64,000 nucleotides of DNA from Parcubacteria group bacterium (GCA_002687175.1 NYZP01000002.1:1171-65170), one strand, 5' to 3'. Numbered from the stretch's first letter, positions 29,819 to 40,553 are shown. Numbers and translations: made by a program. Notes: generated from the letters alone by a model not told the origin.

Positions 29819-32188
29819 ATGTATTTGCACAAGATAGAAATCCAGGGATTTAAATCATTTGCCCAAAAAACTACTTTAGAATTTCCACGGCCTGGAGCAG
29901 GCTGTGCTTTAATTATAAACGGTGAAACAACCAACAAAGGCACTCAACTAAAAGACGGAACTTGTGGCATTGCCTGTGTCGTTGGCCCTAACGGTGCTGG
30001 TAAATCAAACATTGTTGATGCCATTCGCTGGGTTTTGGGTGAACAAAGTTTAAAAAGCCTCCGTGGTAAAAAAGCGGAGGATGTTATTTTTTCTGGTTCA
30101 GAGCAGAAGTCTCGTTTAGGTATGGCTCAGGTATCAATGTATATTAACAATGAAGATGGGGCGATGCCCGTTGATTATAAAGAAGTGACAATTTCTCGAA
30201 AGGTATTTCGTAATGGAGAAAGTGAATACCGAATTAACAAAAGTAAAGTCCGTTTGGCTGATGTGTTGTTGCTAGTAGCCAAATCAAACTTTGGCCAGAA
30301 AAGTTACAGTATTGTTTCTCAAGGGTCGATTGATCAAGTGATTATGGCTAACCCCCACGAACGTAAAGATTATTTCGATGAAGCTGTTGGAGTTAAACAG
30401 TTTCAGTTGCAACGTGATCAGTCTCTCAATAAATTAGAAAGTGCTTGGAATAATTTACGTCAGGTTGATGCCTTATTGACGGAAATCAAACCTCGGCTTA
30501 ATTCTTTAACTCGTCAGGTAAAACGTTTAGAAAAAAGAGAGAAGGTAGAGGCCGAGCTGAAAGATGTTCAACAAAAATATTATGGTTGGCAGTGGCAGAA
30601 ATTGAGCCAAGAGATTAAAAAATTAAAGCCCGATCTAGACGAAGGTGAGAAGAACTTGTCCGACCGAACTAAGGAACTCAAAGACTTACAAAAGCAGCTA
30701 CAGTCTTTAGAGAAAGAAGATTCTCGTAGTAAAGTATTTAATGATTTACAACAAAAATATCAAAAGGTTTTAGATCAAAGGAATAAGCTTAAAGAAGAGC
30801 AATTAATTTTACAAAACAAGATTGAGCTGGCTAAACAACGCTTAACCGAAAAAGCCGTTCCCATGGCATTACCGGAGATTGTCAGCAGCCTAAAAGATAT
30901 CGATAAGCTGGAACAAAAAATAATTAGTAGTTTAGATTCGAAAGATTTAGCTAAGCAATCTCAACTTAAAGAAGATGTTAAAGAGCTGGGTCGGTTAATT
31001 AAAGATATTCTGGATAAGTTAGAAAACCCAAAAGTTAAACAACAGGTTAAAGCTGACCTTGATAAAGATTTGGTAAATGATCTTAAAGAAGTAGAAAAAG
31101 ATTTTACAACGATTGAACATCAGTTGGATCAGGCCAGAAAGGCCGTTGATAATTTTAACCAGCAAGAAGAGCAGAAAAAGGGAAAGTTTTTTGATATCCA
31201 GCACAAAATTAACAGTAAGCAAAATCAGTACAATAAATTAGCCGGTGAAGTTTCAGAAATGCGGGTGGAGATGGCTAAGCTGGAAACTCATCAACAAGAT
31301 TTAAAGCGAGAGATTCGAGAAGAAATGAATAGTACCAGTTGGCTAGAGGGCAATAAAGCTGAAAGAGTGAATGAAGAAGAACAGCACTCAGAAATGATTA
31401 GACTAAAACGTCAGCTAGAGCTTATTGGAGGGGTTGATCCGGAAACAATAAAAGAACACAAAGAAACCAAGGAACGACATGATTTTTTGGATGAACAGGC
31501 CGAAGATCTGCGCAAGTCCATTAACTCACTGGAGAAAATTATTAACGAACTTGATGATAAAATTCAGGTTCAGTTTGATCACGCTTTTAAAAGTATTAAT
31601 AAAGAGTTCTCCAAGTTTTTCAAAATATTATTTGGCGGTGGTAAGGCTGAACTGATGTTGATTAAAGAAGAAAATAAACCAGAAGAGAAGTCTCAGCTAG
31701 TTAATGAGGGAGAAGAAGGGGTTGAAGGAGATCCTGAAACAAGTTCAGGATCAATTTTACAAACTTTAACTGAGGCTGAAGATAATTTAAGTCCTAAGAG
31801 ACTTTTAAAGAAAAAAACCGGCAAGGTTATTGCTGGCATTGATATTATTGCCACGCCTCCGGGCAAGAAGGTATCGTCAATCAGCATGCTTTCAGGTGGT
31901 GAACGGTCATTGTCTTCGATTGCTTTGATCTGTGCAGTGATTGCTAATAACCCGTCACCATTTGTTATTTTAGACGAAGTTGATGCCGCTTTAGACGAAG
32001 CCAACTCGCAGAGGTTTGCTAAGATATTAAATGAACTGGCTCATAAAACTCAATTCATTGTTATTACCCACAACCGGGCCACTATGCACCAGGCCGATAT
32101 TTTGTATGGGGTAACTATTGGCGATGATGGTATTTCTAAATTAATTGGTTTAAAACTTGAACAGGCCAAGCAGATTGTGAGGCAATAA
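29819..32188 (+). CDS. smc: Shortened SMC-like chromosome-partition ATPase.
   Basis: N-terminal Walker [12 protein letters not shown], long coiled-coil region, C-terminal signature [13 protein letters not shown] and Walker [11 protein letters not shown]. At 789 aa it is only about two-thirds of a typical SMC. Confidence 0.8.
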   Translation: MYLHKIEIQGFKSFAQKTTLEFPRPGAGCALIINGETTNKGTQLKDGTCGIACVVGPNGAGKSNIVDAIRWVLGEQSLKSLRGKKAEDVIFSGSEQKSRLGMAQVSMYINNEDGAMPVDYKEVTISRKVFRNGESEYRINKSKVRLADVLLLVAKSNFGQKSYSIVSQGSIDQVIMANPHERKDYFDEAVGVKQFQLQRDQSLNKLESAWNNLRQVDALLTEIKPRLNSLTRQVKRLEKREKVEAELKDVQQKYYGWQWQKLSQEIKKLKPDLDEGEKNLSDRTKELKDLQKQLQSLEKEDSRSKVFNDLQQKYQKVLDQRNKLKEEQLILQNKIELAKQRLTEKAVPMALPEIVSSLKDIDKLEQKIISSLDSKDLAKQSQLKEDVKELGRLIKDILDKLENPKVKQQVKADLDKDLVNDLKEVEKDFTTIEHQLDQARKAVDNFNQQEEQKKGKFFDIQHKINSKQNQYNKLAGEVSEMRVEMAKLETHQQDLKREIREEMNSTSWLEGNKAERVNEEEQHSEMIRLKRQLELIGGVDPETIKEHKETKERHDFLDEQAEDLRKSINSLEKIINELDDKIQVQFDHAFKSINKEFSKFFKILFGGGKAELMLIKEENKPEEKSQLVNEGEEGVEGDPETSSGSILQTLTEAEDNLSPKRLLKKKTGKVIAGIDIIATPPGKKVSSISMLSGGERSLSSIALICAVIANNPSPFVILDEVDAALDEANSQRFAKILNELAHKTQFIVITHNRATMHQADILYGVTIGDDGISKLIGLKLEQAKQIVRQ

Positions 32189-32230
32189 AGAATTTAATTT
32201 TATTTAATAACTAATTTCATAATTAAATAT

Positions 32231-32662
32231 ATGACTAAACAATCAAAAAGTATTCTAATTTTTCTTGCAGTTGTTTTAATAATTGTAGCAGCAGTTTATA
32301 GTTTTTATTTAGCGCCAAACCGGCAACAAGCGAATAATCAAGTTGAAACGGAAGTAATTCTAGACCCCGTCAGAATTAGTCAGGAAGTTGCTGAGGGAAG
32401 TGCGGTATTGCTAGATGTTCGTACAGCATTGGAGCTTCAGGAAGATGGTTTTGCAGTAAGCTCAACTCATTTTGATTTAGTTCGGTTGCAAAATGGTGAG
32501 TTACCAAATATTAGTAAAGAGATAAAAATTTATACTTATTGTAAAGCCGGAGGTAGAGCTGGAAAAGCTGAAATTATTTTGGAAGAAAATGGATTTATCG
32601 ATGTTGTTAACATCGGAGGCCTCGTTGATTGGATTGATAGTGGAGGACAAATTATAAAATAA
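32231..32662 (+). CDS. Rhodanese-domain sulfurtransferase with an N-terminal TM anchor.
   Basis: Rhodanese active-site loop CKAGGRAG. Confidence 0.7.
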   Translation: MTKQSKSILIFLAVVLIIVAAVYSFYLAPNRQQANNQVETEVILDPVRISQEVAEGSAVLLDVRTALELQEDGFAVSSTHFDLVRLQNGELPNISKEIKIYTYCKAGGRAGKAEIILEENGFIDVVNIGGLVDWIDSGGQIIK

Positions 32663-32716
32663 TTTATTTTACAACCTAAACTCCCCTCCCGAGAGTTTTT
32701 AGGTTATAATAAGTTA

Positions 32717-33220
32717 ATGAAAAAAGTATTGGTTATTGGTTCAAATGGATCAGGAAAATCTACCTTTGCTAACAAGCTTAGCCGGAAGATAAGACTTCCT
32801 TTAATTCATCTTGATCAGCACTACTGGAAACCGGGTTGGCAGAGAACATCTAAGGAGGAGTGGCGCACAAAAGTCACCAGATTACTTCAAAAAGATTCCT
32901 GGATCATGGATGGCAACTACCAAAGCTCGCTTGATATTAGGATACCTGCCAGTGATACAATCATTTGGCTTGATTTGAATCGCTTTGTCTGTTTATGGCG
33001 AGTCCTGAAAAGAAAATTGTTGCAAGATAGAGTTGATAAGCTAAATGGTTGCCAGGAAAGAGTTGACATTCATTTTATAAAGTGGATTTTATGGAATTAC
33101 CCCAGACACGATAAACCAGAAATTAGAAGATTAATAGCAAAACATAAACATAAACAAATCTTTGTCCTAAAGTCACAGCAGAACACTAAGAATCTGCTTG
33201 ACTCCCTTAGTAATAATTAA
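32717..33220 (+). CDS. P-loop NTPase, adenylate-kinase-like (topology modulation protein family).
   Basis: Walker A GSNGSGKST near the N-terminus in a small 167-aa protein. Confidence 0.6.
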   Translation: MKKVLVIGSNGSGKSTFANKLSRKIRLPLIHLDQHYWKPGWQRTSKEEWRTKVTRLLQKDSWIMDGNYQSSLDIRIPASDTIIWLDLNRFVCLWRVLKRKLLQDRVDKLNGCQERVDIHFIKWILWNYPRHDKPEIRRLIAKHKHKQIFVLKSQQNTKNLLDSLSNN

Positions 33221-33222
33221 CT

Positions 33223-35007
33223 ATGTCATTTAAAGATAGTCCAGTAATATTTTTAACCCGCAAGACTTGGCAATACTCCAAGGGCAACCGACGTAACGTC
33301 GTGCTGTACATGGGGCTTTTTTTGATTGCCAACAGCATAAACTTTTTTGAACCTTTACTAGTTGGCCGATTACTTAATATTATTCAAGAACAAGGTGTCA
33401 ACAGCGAGAGTTTGCCAAGCTTAATAGGTACTATTTCATTATTTCTGGCTATTACGGTGGGCTTTTGGATGTTTCATGGTCCGGCTAGAGTGATTGAACT
33501 TAAAAATGCTTTCCTCGTTCGTGCCAACTTCAAGAAATATTTGTTAGACGGGACCATGGATCTACCTACTGAATGGCACACTGATCACCATTCCGGAGAT
33601 ACTATTGATAAGGTAGAAAAAGCCACCACCGCTCTCTATGAATATGCCGGGGATACGTTTGAAGTGATAGACACCATCATTAGGCTACTGGGTTCTTACA
33701 TTGTTTTAAGCTATTTTAATCTTCATTCCAGCTACATTGTTGCCTTCATGGTAGTGTTTACGGTTATTTTAATTTTTAAGTTTGATAAGACTCTGGTTAA
33801 ACAGTACAGTGAACTTTATAAAGCGGAAAATAGAATTGCTGCCAAGATTTTTGATGTTATCAGCAACATCTCAACTGTTATTATTCTACGAATTGAAAGT
33901 TTAGTTTCCAAATCAATTTATCAAAAAGTAATGCAGCCGTTTAGACTTTATTCTAAAAACACCATCCTTAGCGAATCAAAATGGTTATTGGTGTCGGTCA
34001 GTAGTTCAGTAATGATATTTTTGGTGTTGTCATCTTATTTATATTTTAATGTCACTGCCGGTACGACAATTATGATTGGCACAGTCTACATATTATATGG
34101 CTATGTCCAGAGGGTGAACGGTATTTTCTTTAGAGTGGCTTATTTATATAATCGGATTGTTAGACAAAGGACAGCTGTTTATAATGTAGAGGAAATTAGT
34201 AGTAGATTTGAAAATAGAGCCGAACGTACGGCTGGAAATTTAAACAAACAATGGTCAGAACTGCAAATCAAAGATTTGAATTTTTCTTACCACACCAAGG
34301 AAGGTGAAGATCTTCACTTAGATAATGTTAAGTTAGGCATAAAGCGTAATAGTCACACCGCTTTGGTTGGTGAAAGTGGTAGCGGTAAAACAACCTTACT
34401 GAAAATTATTCGAGAATTATATAAAGCCAAGAATGTTAAAGTTTATCTAGATGGTCAAAAGCTTAAAGATGGTTTTAGTTCAATTAGTTCAGACATAACA
34501 TTGATTCCTCAAGATCCGGAAATTTTTACTACCACTATTTTAGAAAATATCACGGTCGGTGTTGAACACAAGTTGTCCTACGTCAAAAAATTTACTGACA
34601 TGGCTCGCTTTACCGAGGTGGCTGAAAGTTTGCCTAAAAAATTTAATTCTTCCATTGTTGAAAGAGGGGTTAATTTAAGTGGTGGTGAGAAACAGCGCCT
34701 GGCATTGGCTCGTGGACTAATGGCTGGTGATGATAAACAAATTATATTGCTCGATGAACCTACCAGTAGTGTTGATTTTGCTAATGAGTGGGAGATTTTT
34801 CAAAATATTTTTGCCGGGTTTAAAGACAAGACCATTATTGCCTCGGTTCATCGTCTTCACCTGCTCCCCCTGTTTGATCAGATCTATTATTTTAAATCCG
34901 GTAAAATAATTGCTGCTGGTAGCTTTGATGAACTTATCAAAAATTCCAAGCCGTTCATTACAGCTTGGAATAAGTATGATAAGAACAAGAATAGCTCCAG
35001 TAATTAA
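33223..35007 (+). CDS. ABC transporter with fused permease and ATPase (exporter type).
   Basis: Six-TM N-terminal half followed by Walker A GESGSGKTT, signature LSGGEKQR and Walker B ILLDEPTS. Confidence 0.85.
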   Translation: MSFKDSPVIFLTRKTWQYSKGNRRNVVLYMGLFLIANSINFFEPLLVGRLLNIIQEQGVNSESLPSLIGTISLFLAITVGFWMFHGPARVIELKNAFLVRANFKKYLLDGTMDLPTEWHTDHHSGDTIDKVEKATTALYEYAGDTFEVIDTIIRLLGSYIVLSYFNLHSSYIVAFMVVFTVILIFKFDKTLVKQYSELYKAENRIAAKIFDVISNISTVIILRIESLVSKSIYQKVMQPFRLYSKNTILSESKWLLVSVSSSVMIFLVLSSYLYFNVTAGTTIMIGTVYILYGYVQRVNGIFFRVAYLYNRIVRQRTAVYNVEEISSRFENRAERTAGNLNKQWSELQIKDLNFSYHTKEGEDLHLDNVKLGIKRNSHTALVGESGSGKTTLLKIIRELYKAKNVKVYLDGQKLKDGFSSISSDITLIPQDPEIFTTTILENITVGVEHKLSYVKKFTDMARFTEVAESLPKKFNSSIVERGVNLSGGEKQRLALARGLMAGDDKQIILLDEPTSSVDFANEWEIFQNIFAGFKDKTIIASVHRLHLLPLFDQIYYFKSGKIIAAGSFDELIKNSKPFITAWNKYDKNKNSSSN

Positions 35008-35052
35008 CCAAAGAAAAAAGCTCGATACCTTATGGTGTTCGAGCTTGTGTGA

Positions 35053-36072
35053 TCAGGCTTGAATGTATAGGCCTGTTTTTTGGTCTTCTTCAACGCCGGG
35101 AGCTTCGATGATTTCACTTTCTTCAAGAAGCCAGTCAACTGCATCTTGAGTTTTATCGTCACAGTCATTTTGACTGACGTCGGACGACAAGGTCCATCTT
35201 TTGGTGCCTACTAAGTAGATCCGCTCAGAAATTTCGGTTACTCCGATGCCGTCAGGCATATTCTCTACTATAATGTCCAGGACAACCGCTTGCCACTCTT
35301 CTTCGGTTTCGATAATAAGTGATTTTCCGCTATAACCGCTGGCACCAGAGCTATCACTTGAAGCACCATTATCGTTGGTGCTTGTACCATAATCTTCAAC
35401 AGCAAAAGGATCAACTTCGTCTTCACCGTTGTCATTCCCGTCATCAAGAGCAAGGCGTTGCCAAACGGCAGGACCCCGGCCATAACTGTCAACCAACCCT
35501 TTTCCTTTAAGCACTTGTAAGAGGCTAGAAACTCGGGAACCAATGGTGAATTGTTTACCATTTTTTGGATGGAATGAATCATCGCCAGCCAACTGCTCTA
35601 CAATTTGAGCATTGGTAATTCCACTCCCATCACTTGGCATCAAGTAGTAAACCCTGGCTTCTTTGGAGTTTGGGTTCAGCCCAATGCCGTTCAAATCAGA
35701 CTGACCGTTTTTCTCGAGCTGCAGATACTTCTCCCAGGCCTTGGCTTCAGCCCACAAGGCTTGATTTTTACCCCGGCCATTACTTTGAACATCTCCAGCC
35801 CTTTTTAATCGTTGGAGGATGTAGTGAACACCGGATTTTAGATCTTCACGATCACCACCTTGAGAATTAAAGGCTTCATCGTCAACTGCCCAGTCGAGAA
35901 TTTGAGAGGTTGTAGTTTCCTTACCTAGATTGAAAAGAAATAAGTAAAGCAGAGCAGTTCGGTAGAGTTGTTTCCCTGGTTTGAATTTGACGTAGTAGGT
36001 CAATTTCTTTTCAGAGGCCCCTTCCTGTTCAGGGGCTAATGCTTTGTCAGTAGCTCCCTTTTCAGGTTGCAT
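35053..36072 (-). CDS. Acidic protein with tandem winged-helix domains resembling Zalpha/Zbeta Z-DNA/RNA-binding domains (mid-GC island).
   Basis: Two copies of a helix-wing pattern, GVHYILQRLKRAGDVQSNGRGKNQALW and SRVSSLLQVLKGKGLVDSYGRGPAVW, compared with ADAR1 Zalpha [23 protein letters not shown]. Followed by an acidic linker and a C-terminal domain. Confidence 0.5.
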   Translation of the reverse strand: MQPEKGATDKALAPEQEGASEKKLTYYVKFKPGKQLYRTALLYLFLFNLGKETTTSQILDWAVDDEAFNSQGGDREDLKSGVHYILQRLKRAGDVQSNGRGKNQALWAEAKAWEKYLQLEKNGQSDLNGIGLNPNSKEARVYYLMPSDGSGITNAQIVEQLAGDDSFHPKNGKQFTIGSRVSSLLQVLKGKGLVDSYGRGPAVWQRLALDDGNDNGEDEVDPFAVEDYGTSTNDNGASSDSSGASGYSGKSLIIETEEEWQAVVLDIIVENMPDGIGVTEISERIYLVGTKRWTLSSDVSQNDCDDKTQDAVDWLLEESEIIEAPGVEEDQKTGLYIQA

Positions 36073-36240
36073 AGTATGTTTCTCCCTGGTTGGTTGAGGG
36101 TAAATTGTTGAAGAGCTTATTTATTAAAGAATGAACTGGTTTTAATCTAGAACAATTATTTGGTTAAGTCAATCAACATAATTACTTACTGTATTTAAAA
36201 AACCCTGACCAATGTCAGGGTAGATGTTGTAAAACTTATT

Positions 36241-36645
36241 TTAGCCTGCTGATTTATTCAATTCAGTCATTATGCAGGGACCACCGTAAACGCAGTTTAT
36301 TTTTTTTTCGGCACAAAAATCAATCGCTTCTTGATTCTCGCTCCCCTCCTGTAACCAAACATTTTCAATGGTGCTGTCTTGGGCAACTTCTTTCAAGACT
36401 TTTAATGTTTGGTCTGGTGGCACGACAAAGACTACGACATTAACTATTACTGGTACATCTAAAACACTGGCATAACAATCTTCACCCAGAATTTCTGGCG
36501 TTTTTAGATTAATTGGAAAAACCATTCTTTTGCTTTCCAGAATGGCTTTAAACACCTTATGACCGTATTTCTCATCATTATTAGTAGCACCGACCACAGC
36601 AAAGGTGTTTCCTTTATTAATCATTTCTTTGATTAATTCTTCCAT
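36241..36645 (-). CDS. CoA-binding domain protein.
   Basis: N-terminal Rossmann-like GNTFAVVGATNNDEKYGHKV typical of YccU/CoA-binding proteins. Confidence 0.65.
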   Translation of the reverse strand: MEELIKEMINKGNTFAVVGATNNDEKYGHKVFKAILESKRMVFPINLKTPEILGEDCYASVLDVPVIVNVVVFVVPPDQTLKVLKEVAQDSTIENVWLQEGSENQEAIDFCAEKKINCVYGGPCIMTELNKSAG

Positions 36646-36682
36646 ATAAATAATTTATAGTTTTTTTTATCTTTTGTCTACA

Positions 36683-37921
36683 TTAAACAGTAAATTTTCC
36701 GTCCTTATATATTACTTTTTGTTTGCCATTTTTAAGAGTGGCGGTAACAGTTCGTTTAGAGGTGGAAATTATATCAGTATGAACTGAACTGTCATTAAAG
36801 CCCAGTTTTTTCCATTGAGCTTTAGTAGTTTTAGCAATGTTACCGGAATAGGCATCATTGTAAGAAGCGCCTAAAGCAATATGAGTATTACCATATGGTC
36901 CACCAATATTTTCGTCATATAATGTCTCGGCCATGAATTTGGAAATTTTAGAGAAACGTTTATCGGTTAAAGAAAATTCACCAACCTTGTTAGCATTAGG
37001 GGTGTCAATCATATGTTTTAAAACGGCATAATTTTTTTTAGCTTTACTGTTGACTACTTTGCCATTTTTAAATTCTAGTTCAATGCCCGTGATTAAATTA
37101 CCATAACGATATAATGGTTGATCAAATTTAATCCAACCATTAGTGCCCCGCCAATCAGGCGAGGTAAAAATTTCAAAGCTAGGAATGTTGGCCCCGCGGC
37201 CACCAAGGAACCTTCTTTTTTCTCCCAATTTAATATTTAGGTCAACGTCTGGTCCTTTGACATTAATGATGTCAATATTAAGGTTGTTCAACTTGGTAAT
37301 AGTTTTTTGAATTTGAGAGGTAACAGCTTTCCATTTTTTAACTGGCGCGCCATCTCGTAAAAAACAGGCTTTAATAATCTCATTCCAATATTCATTTAAA
37401 CTCAGTCCAGCCTCTTTGGCCATTTCCGGGGTACCATACAAAGCCAAGGTCCAAGTGAATCTACCTTTGTTTTCCTTATCCCGTCGCCAGTCCATGTAGG
37501 GTTTAAAGGCTTCGCCACGTTTCATTATTTTTTTAGGATCAACGCCTTTGAGGGCTTGTTTGTCTGTTTCGGAAATTATAAAAATAGAGTGATCAACTTC
37601 ATCAATTAATCCACGAAGATATTTTTTTGGGAAAAAAGATAACTGCTGGTCATTAGCATAATAATAAAATTCACGATCATAAGGATGTTTCTTGTCCGAG
37701 TCAGGCCGAAAGTCAGTAATGGCGTGACCACCAGCTTTAAGAATGGCTCGTCGTAAAGCCATTAACATTGGCTTGGCATATTCATAAACAATAACGTATA
37801 CCGTGTCGCCAGGTTTAATCCCCTTGCCACCGTTAAGGGCAAAGTTAACCAGGACGTCAGCATAGTTGTCTAATATTTTTTGAGAGGGGGAATAATTTTT
37901 CATGAGTACATTATAGCACAA
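36683..37921 (-). CDS. M29-family aminopeptidase (AmpS/aminopeptidase T-like).
   Basis: Length and conserved blocks of thermophilic metalloprotease M29 (about 410 aa). Confidence 0.75.
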   Translation of the reverse strand: MCYNVLMKNYSPSQKILDNYADVLVNFALNGGKGIKPGDTVYVIVYEYAKPMLMALRRAILKAGGHAITDFRPDSDKKHPYDREFYYYANDQQLSFFPKKYLRGLIDEVDHSIFIISETDKQALKGVDPKKIMKRGEAFKPYMDWRRDKENKGRFTWTLALYGTPEMAKEAGLSLNEYWNEIIKACFLRDGAPVKKWKAVTSQIQKTITKLNNLNIDIINVKGPDVDLNIKLGEKRRFLGGRGANIPSFEIFTSPDWRGTNGWIKFDQPLYRYGNLITGIELEFKNGKVVNSKAKKNYAVLKHMIDTPNANKVGEFSLTDKRFSKISKFMAETLYDENIGGPYGNTHIALGASYNDAYSGNIAKTTKAQWKKLGFNDSSVHTDIISTSKRTVTATLKNGKQKVIYKDGKFTV

Positions 37922-38093
37922 CTTTTACAGTGGGTTGACTTTATTAAGTATCTATGTAATACTACCTTTACTTTAGTACCTAGTACTAATAAGGAAAAGT
38001 CGTCGCTCGCGGTTCCGGCGAACCACCTTGACTGGCGAGTCAGGTAAAATGGAACCATTATTAATTCATTAGGTATTTTTTTATTATAAAATT

Positions 38094-38603
38094 ATGCTAA
38101 AAATACGATTAGCCCGAGTGGGCAAAAAGAAAAAACCTACTTATCGATTCATTGTTTCTGAATCTGCTCGAGATCCTTTTGGTAAAGCCTTAGAAATTTT
38201 AGGTCACTATAATCCTTTTTCCAAGGTGATTGATGTAAAAAAGGACAGAATTTTACACTGGATATCTAAAGGAGCTCAAGTTTCGCCAACGGTTCATAAT
38301 TTACTTGTTGACCAAAATGTTTTAGAGGGTGATAAAATTAGAGCTTCGAAATCAAAGAAAAAGAAAAAGGGCGGTACTGAAAAATCAGACAAACCTGCTG
38401 AAGGTGAGACTAAGCCAGAAGAATCAAAGGAAGAACCTAAAAAAGAGGAAAAGCCAGAAGAAAAGAAAGAAGAAGCTCCAAAGTTTGTGGAAGCTCCTGC
38501 GGAAACTAAGGACAAGGCAAAGGAAGAAGTTAAGGAAGATAAGGCTGATTCAAAACCTGCAGAGGTTAAGAATAAAGATAAAAAAGAAGATAAAACAGAG
38601 TAG
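38094..38603 (+). CDS. rpsP: Ribosomal protein S16 with a long K/E-rich C-terminal extension.
   Basis: N-terminal MLKIRLARVGKKKKPTYRFIV is the canonical S16 sequence. The tail is low-complexity KEE repeats. Confidence 0.85.
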   Translation: MLKIRLARVGKKKKPTYRFIVSESARDPFGKALEILGHYNPFSKVIDVKKDRILHWISKGAQVSPTVHNLLVDQNVLEGDKIRASKSKKKKKGGTEKSDKPAEGETKPEESKEEPKKEEKPEEKKEEAPKFVEAPAETKDKAKEEVKEDKADSKPAEVKNKDKKEDKTE

Positions 38604-38608
38604 CAAAC

Positions 38609-38637
38609 TTGACAAATTGATTATTTGTGATATAATG
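38609..38637 (+). promoter_or_regulatory. Near-consensus sigma70-type promoter (TTGACA, 16-nt spacer, TATAAT) preceding a structured leader of about 120 nt upstream of the KH-protein gene.
   Basis: cTTGACAaattgattatttgtgaTATAATg, read directly. Confidence 0.45.
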
Positions 38638-38766
38638 TTTCTATTCCTTGAAAACAGGAATTGGTACCACACTGTTTTTCTAAGCAACCACTTGGTTGTC
38701 TGGGAAGGTCGGCAGTGCTGGTTGTACTGTAAGTAATTTACCCTAACTTTTATAAGTTGAGGTAAT

Positions 38767-39105
38767 ATGGTGGATAGATCTATGGCTGCAAAGCATGACG
38801 ATCAAGAATTTGTCGAATACCTAGTCAGAGCCATCGTTGGCAATCCTGACGACGTAAAGACAGAGAGAGCCGTTGATGAGATGGGAGTATTAATTACTCT
38901 GCATCTAAACCCAGCTGACATGGGCTATGTCATTGGCCGACAAGGTCAAACAGCTCGTGCTATTCGAACCCTACTTAAGATTGTAGGTGCTAAGAATAAC
39001 GCCCGAGTAAATTTGAAGATCCATGAACCGGAAGGTTCACAGCGACCTTCAAAACCAACTGAAACTCAAGCTGATACTTCAGTTGTTGATGATCTTAAAA
39101 TCTAA
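38767..39105 (+). CDS. KH-domain RNA-binding protein (UPF0109/YlqC-like).
   Basis: KH GxxG loop region IGRQGQTARAIRTL, located between rpsP and trmD. Confidence 0.8.
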   Translation: MVDRSMAAKHDDQEFVEYLVRAIVGNPDDVKTERAVDEMGVLITLHLNPADMGYVIGRQGQTARAIRTLLKIVGAKNNARVNLKIHEPEGSQRPSKPTETQADTSVVDDLKI

Positions 39106-39185
39106 CTTAGATTTTCAACAAAACCCCGCTACATGAGCGGGGTTTTGTTTTTGATAATTTATATGTATAATTCTTATTAGAGTAT

Positions 39186-39872
39186 ATGAAACAGTTCGAT
39201 ATTGTAACTATATTTCCAGGTATATTTTCCGCCAAGGGCGGACCCGCCTCTGGCGGGGATTCTTGTTGTTATTTTGACTATGGTATTATGCGACAGGCTA
39301 TTAAAAAGAAACTGATTAAAATTAATATTCATGATTTAAGAAAGTCTACCACTGATAAACATCATACTGTTGATGATCGACCTTATGGTGGTGGTCCCGG
39401 TATGATTTTAATGGTTGAACCTATTGTAAAGATGCTTAAGTCAATCAAGAAGAAAAAGAAAACTAGAGTTATCATGTTGGCTCCAGAGGGCAAAAAGTTT
39501 GATCAACGTCAAGCCGAACGTTTGGCCAAATATGATCAGTTGATATTATTGTGTGGGCGCTATGAAGGATTTGATGCTCGAGTAGAAAAGTATATTGATG
39601 AAAAAGTTTCCATTGGTGATTATGTTTTAGCCGGCGGTGAGTTAGCCGCGATGGTGGTAACCGAAGCCGTGGCTCGACACGTTCCCGGAGTGGTTGGTCA
39701 TGAACATGCTTTAGATGACGAGACATTTTCTCATGATTTAGATTATATTGAATATCCGCAGTACAGTCGGCCCGAGAGTTATAAAGGGCAGAAGGTGCCT
39801 AAAATTCTTTTGTCCGGCAATCATGCCGAAATTAAAAAGTGGCGTCAGAGCAAAAGGAAGAAGAGAAAGTGA
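39186..39872 (+). CDS. trmD: tRNA (guanine37-N1)-methyltransferase TrmD carrying an in-frame insertion of about 10 aa encoded by a double-hairpin repeat (39229-39264).
   Basis: SPOUT motifs (PYGGGPGM, CGRYEGFDAR). The insertion SAKGGPASGGDSCCYF sits between FPGIF and GIMRQAI. Confidence 0.9.
   Translation: MKQFDIVTIFPGIFSAKGGPASGGDSCCYFDYGIMRQAIKKKLIKINIHDLRKSTTDKHHTVDDRPYGGGPGMILMVEPIVKMLKSIKKKKKTRVIMLAPEGKKFDQRQAERLAKYDQLILLCGRYEGFDARVEKYIDEKVSIGDYVLAGGELAAMVVTEAVARHVPGVVGHEHALDDETFSHDLDYIEYPQYSRPESYKGQKVPKILLSGNHAEIKKWRQSKRKKRK
39229..39264. repeat. Double-hairpin repeat element, copy A (ccgcc-aag-ggcgg, then cccgcc-tct-ggcggg), inside trmD.
   Basis: About 80% identical to copy B at 42527-42562. 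Confidence 0.7.
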
Positions 39873-40112
39873 ACCTTCTCTATTTGTCATTCTGAGCGAA
39901 GCGAAGGATCTCTGAATAACTGACGAGGAGGATTTGTTTCTCAGATGATGATTACAGTATTCGAATGGTCAGAGATCCTTCGACTACGTCACTCTCTACG
40001 GTCGTGACTCCGCTCAGGATGACAAGGAGTGACGTACAAACCAATAAAAAAACAGCCACTAAATTCGGGGTTGTTTTTATGTACTCTCAGAAGCAACAAA
40101 CGCAATGTTCAC

Positions 40113-40142
40113 GACTTCAGTTGAGTAGACTTCAGTTGAGTA
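40113..40142. repeat. Tandem 15-mer (gacttcagttgagta)x2.
   Basis: Read directly. Confidence 0.85.
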
Positions 40143-40143
40143 G

Positions 40144-40173
40144 GAGAAGGAAGGTTTAAAGTTTCCTTCTCCG
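40144..40173 (-). terminator. Perfect 10-bp hairpin (ggagaaggaa...ttccttctcc) immediately downstream of the small minus-strand ORF.
   Basis: Read directly. Confidence 0.4.
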
Positions 40174-40174
40174 G

Positions 40175-40381
40175 TTAAAGGTTGCGGATCACGTTGTAAC
40201 CGCTGATTATTGCCCAGCGGCACAGACGATAGATACTTCTCATCACCCAAGTGATGAAATTCTCAACCTCCCGAGAGATGAATCGATTGATTCTTTGTCT
40301 CGTTTTTTCCCATCCCATGAAGGAGAGGCAAAAGTTGAGTCCGAAGACTAATACTACGATTGAAAGTACGAGCTCAAGCAT
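40175..40381 (-). CDS. Small hypothetical membrane protein (68 aa).
   Basis: Hydrophobic N-terminus and a downstream hairpin. Only ORF-based support. Confidence 0.3.
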   Translation of the reverse strand: MLELVLSIVVLVFGLNFCLSFMGWEKTRQRINRFISREVENFITWVMRSIYRLCRWAIISGYNVIRNL

Positions 40382-40553
40382 TTTATTTCCTCTCTTTTGA
40401 TTTTTCTGTTTATTTTGGTTAAATATACTATATCATATATTATAGATATTGTCAAGTATAGTAATTGTATTTTCTCTAGTATTAGCTAAAATTTTGAGCT
40501 TTTATTTAAATAATCCCCTGTTTATATAGTGTGACTAAGTAAGTGCTAAAATA

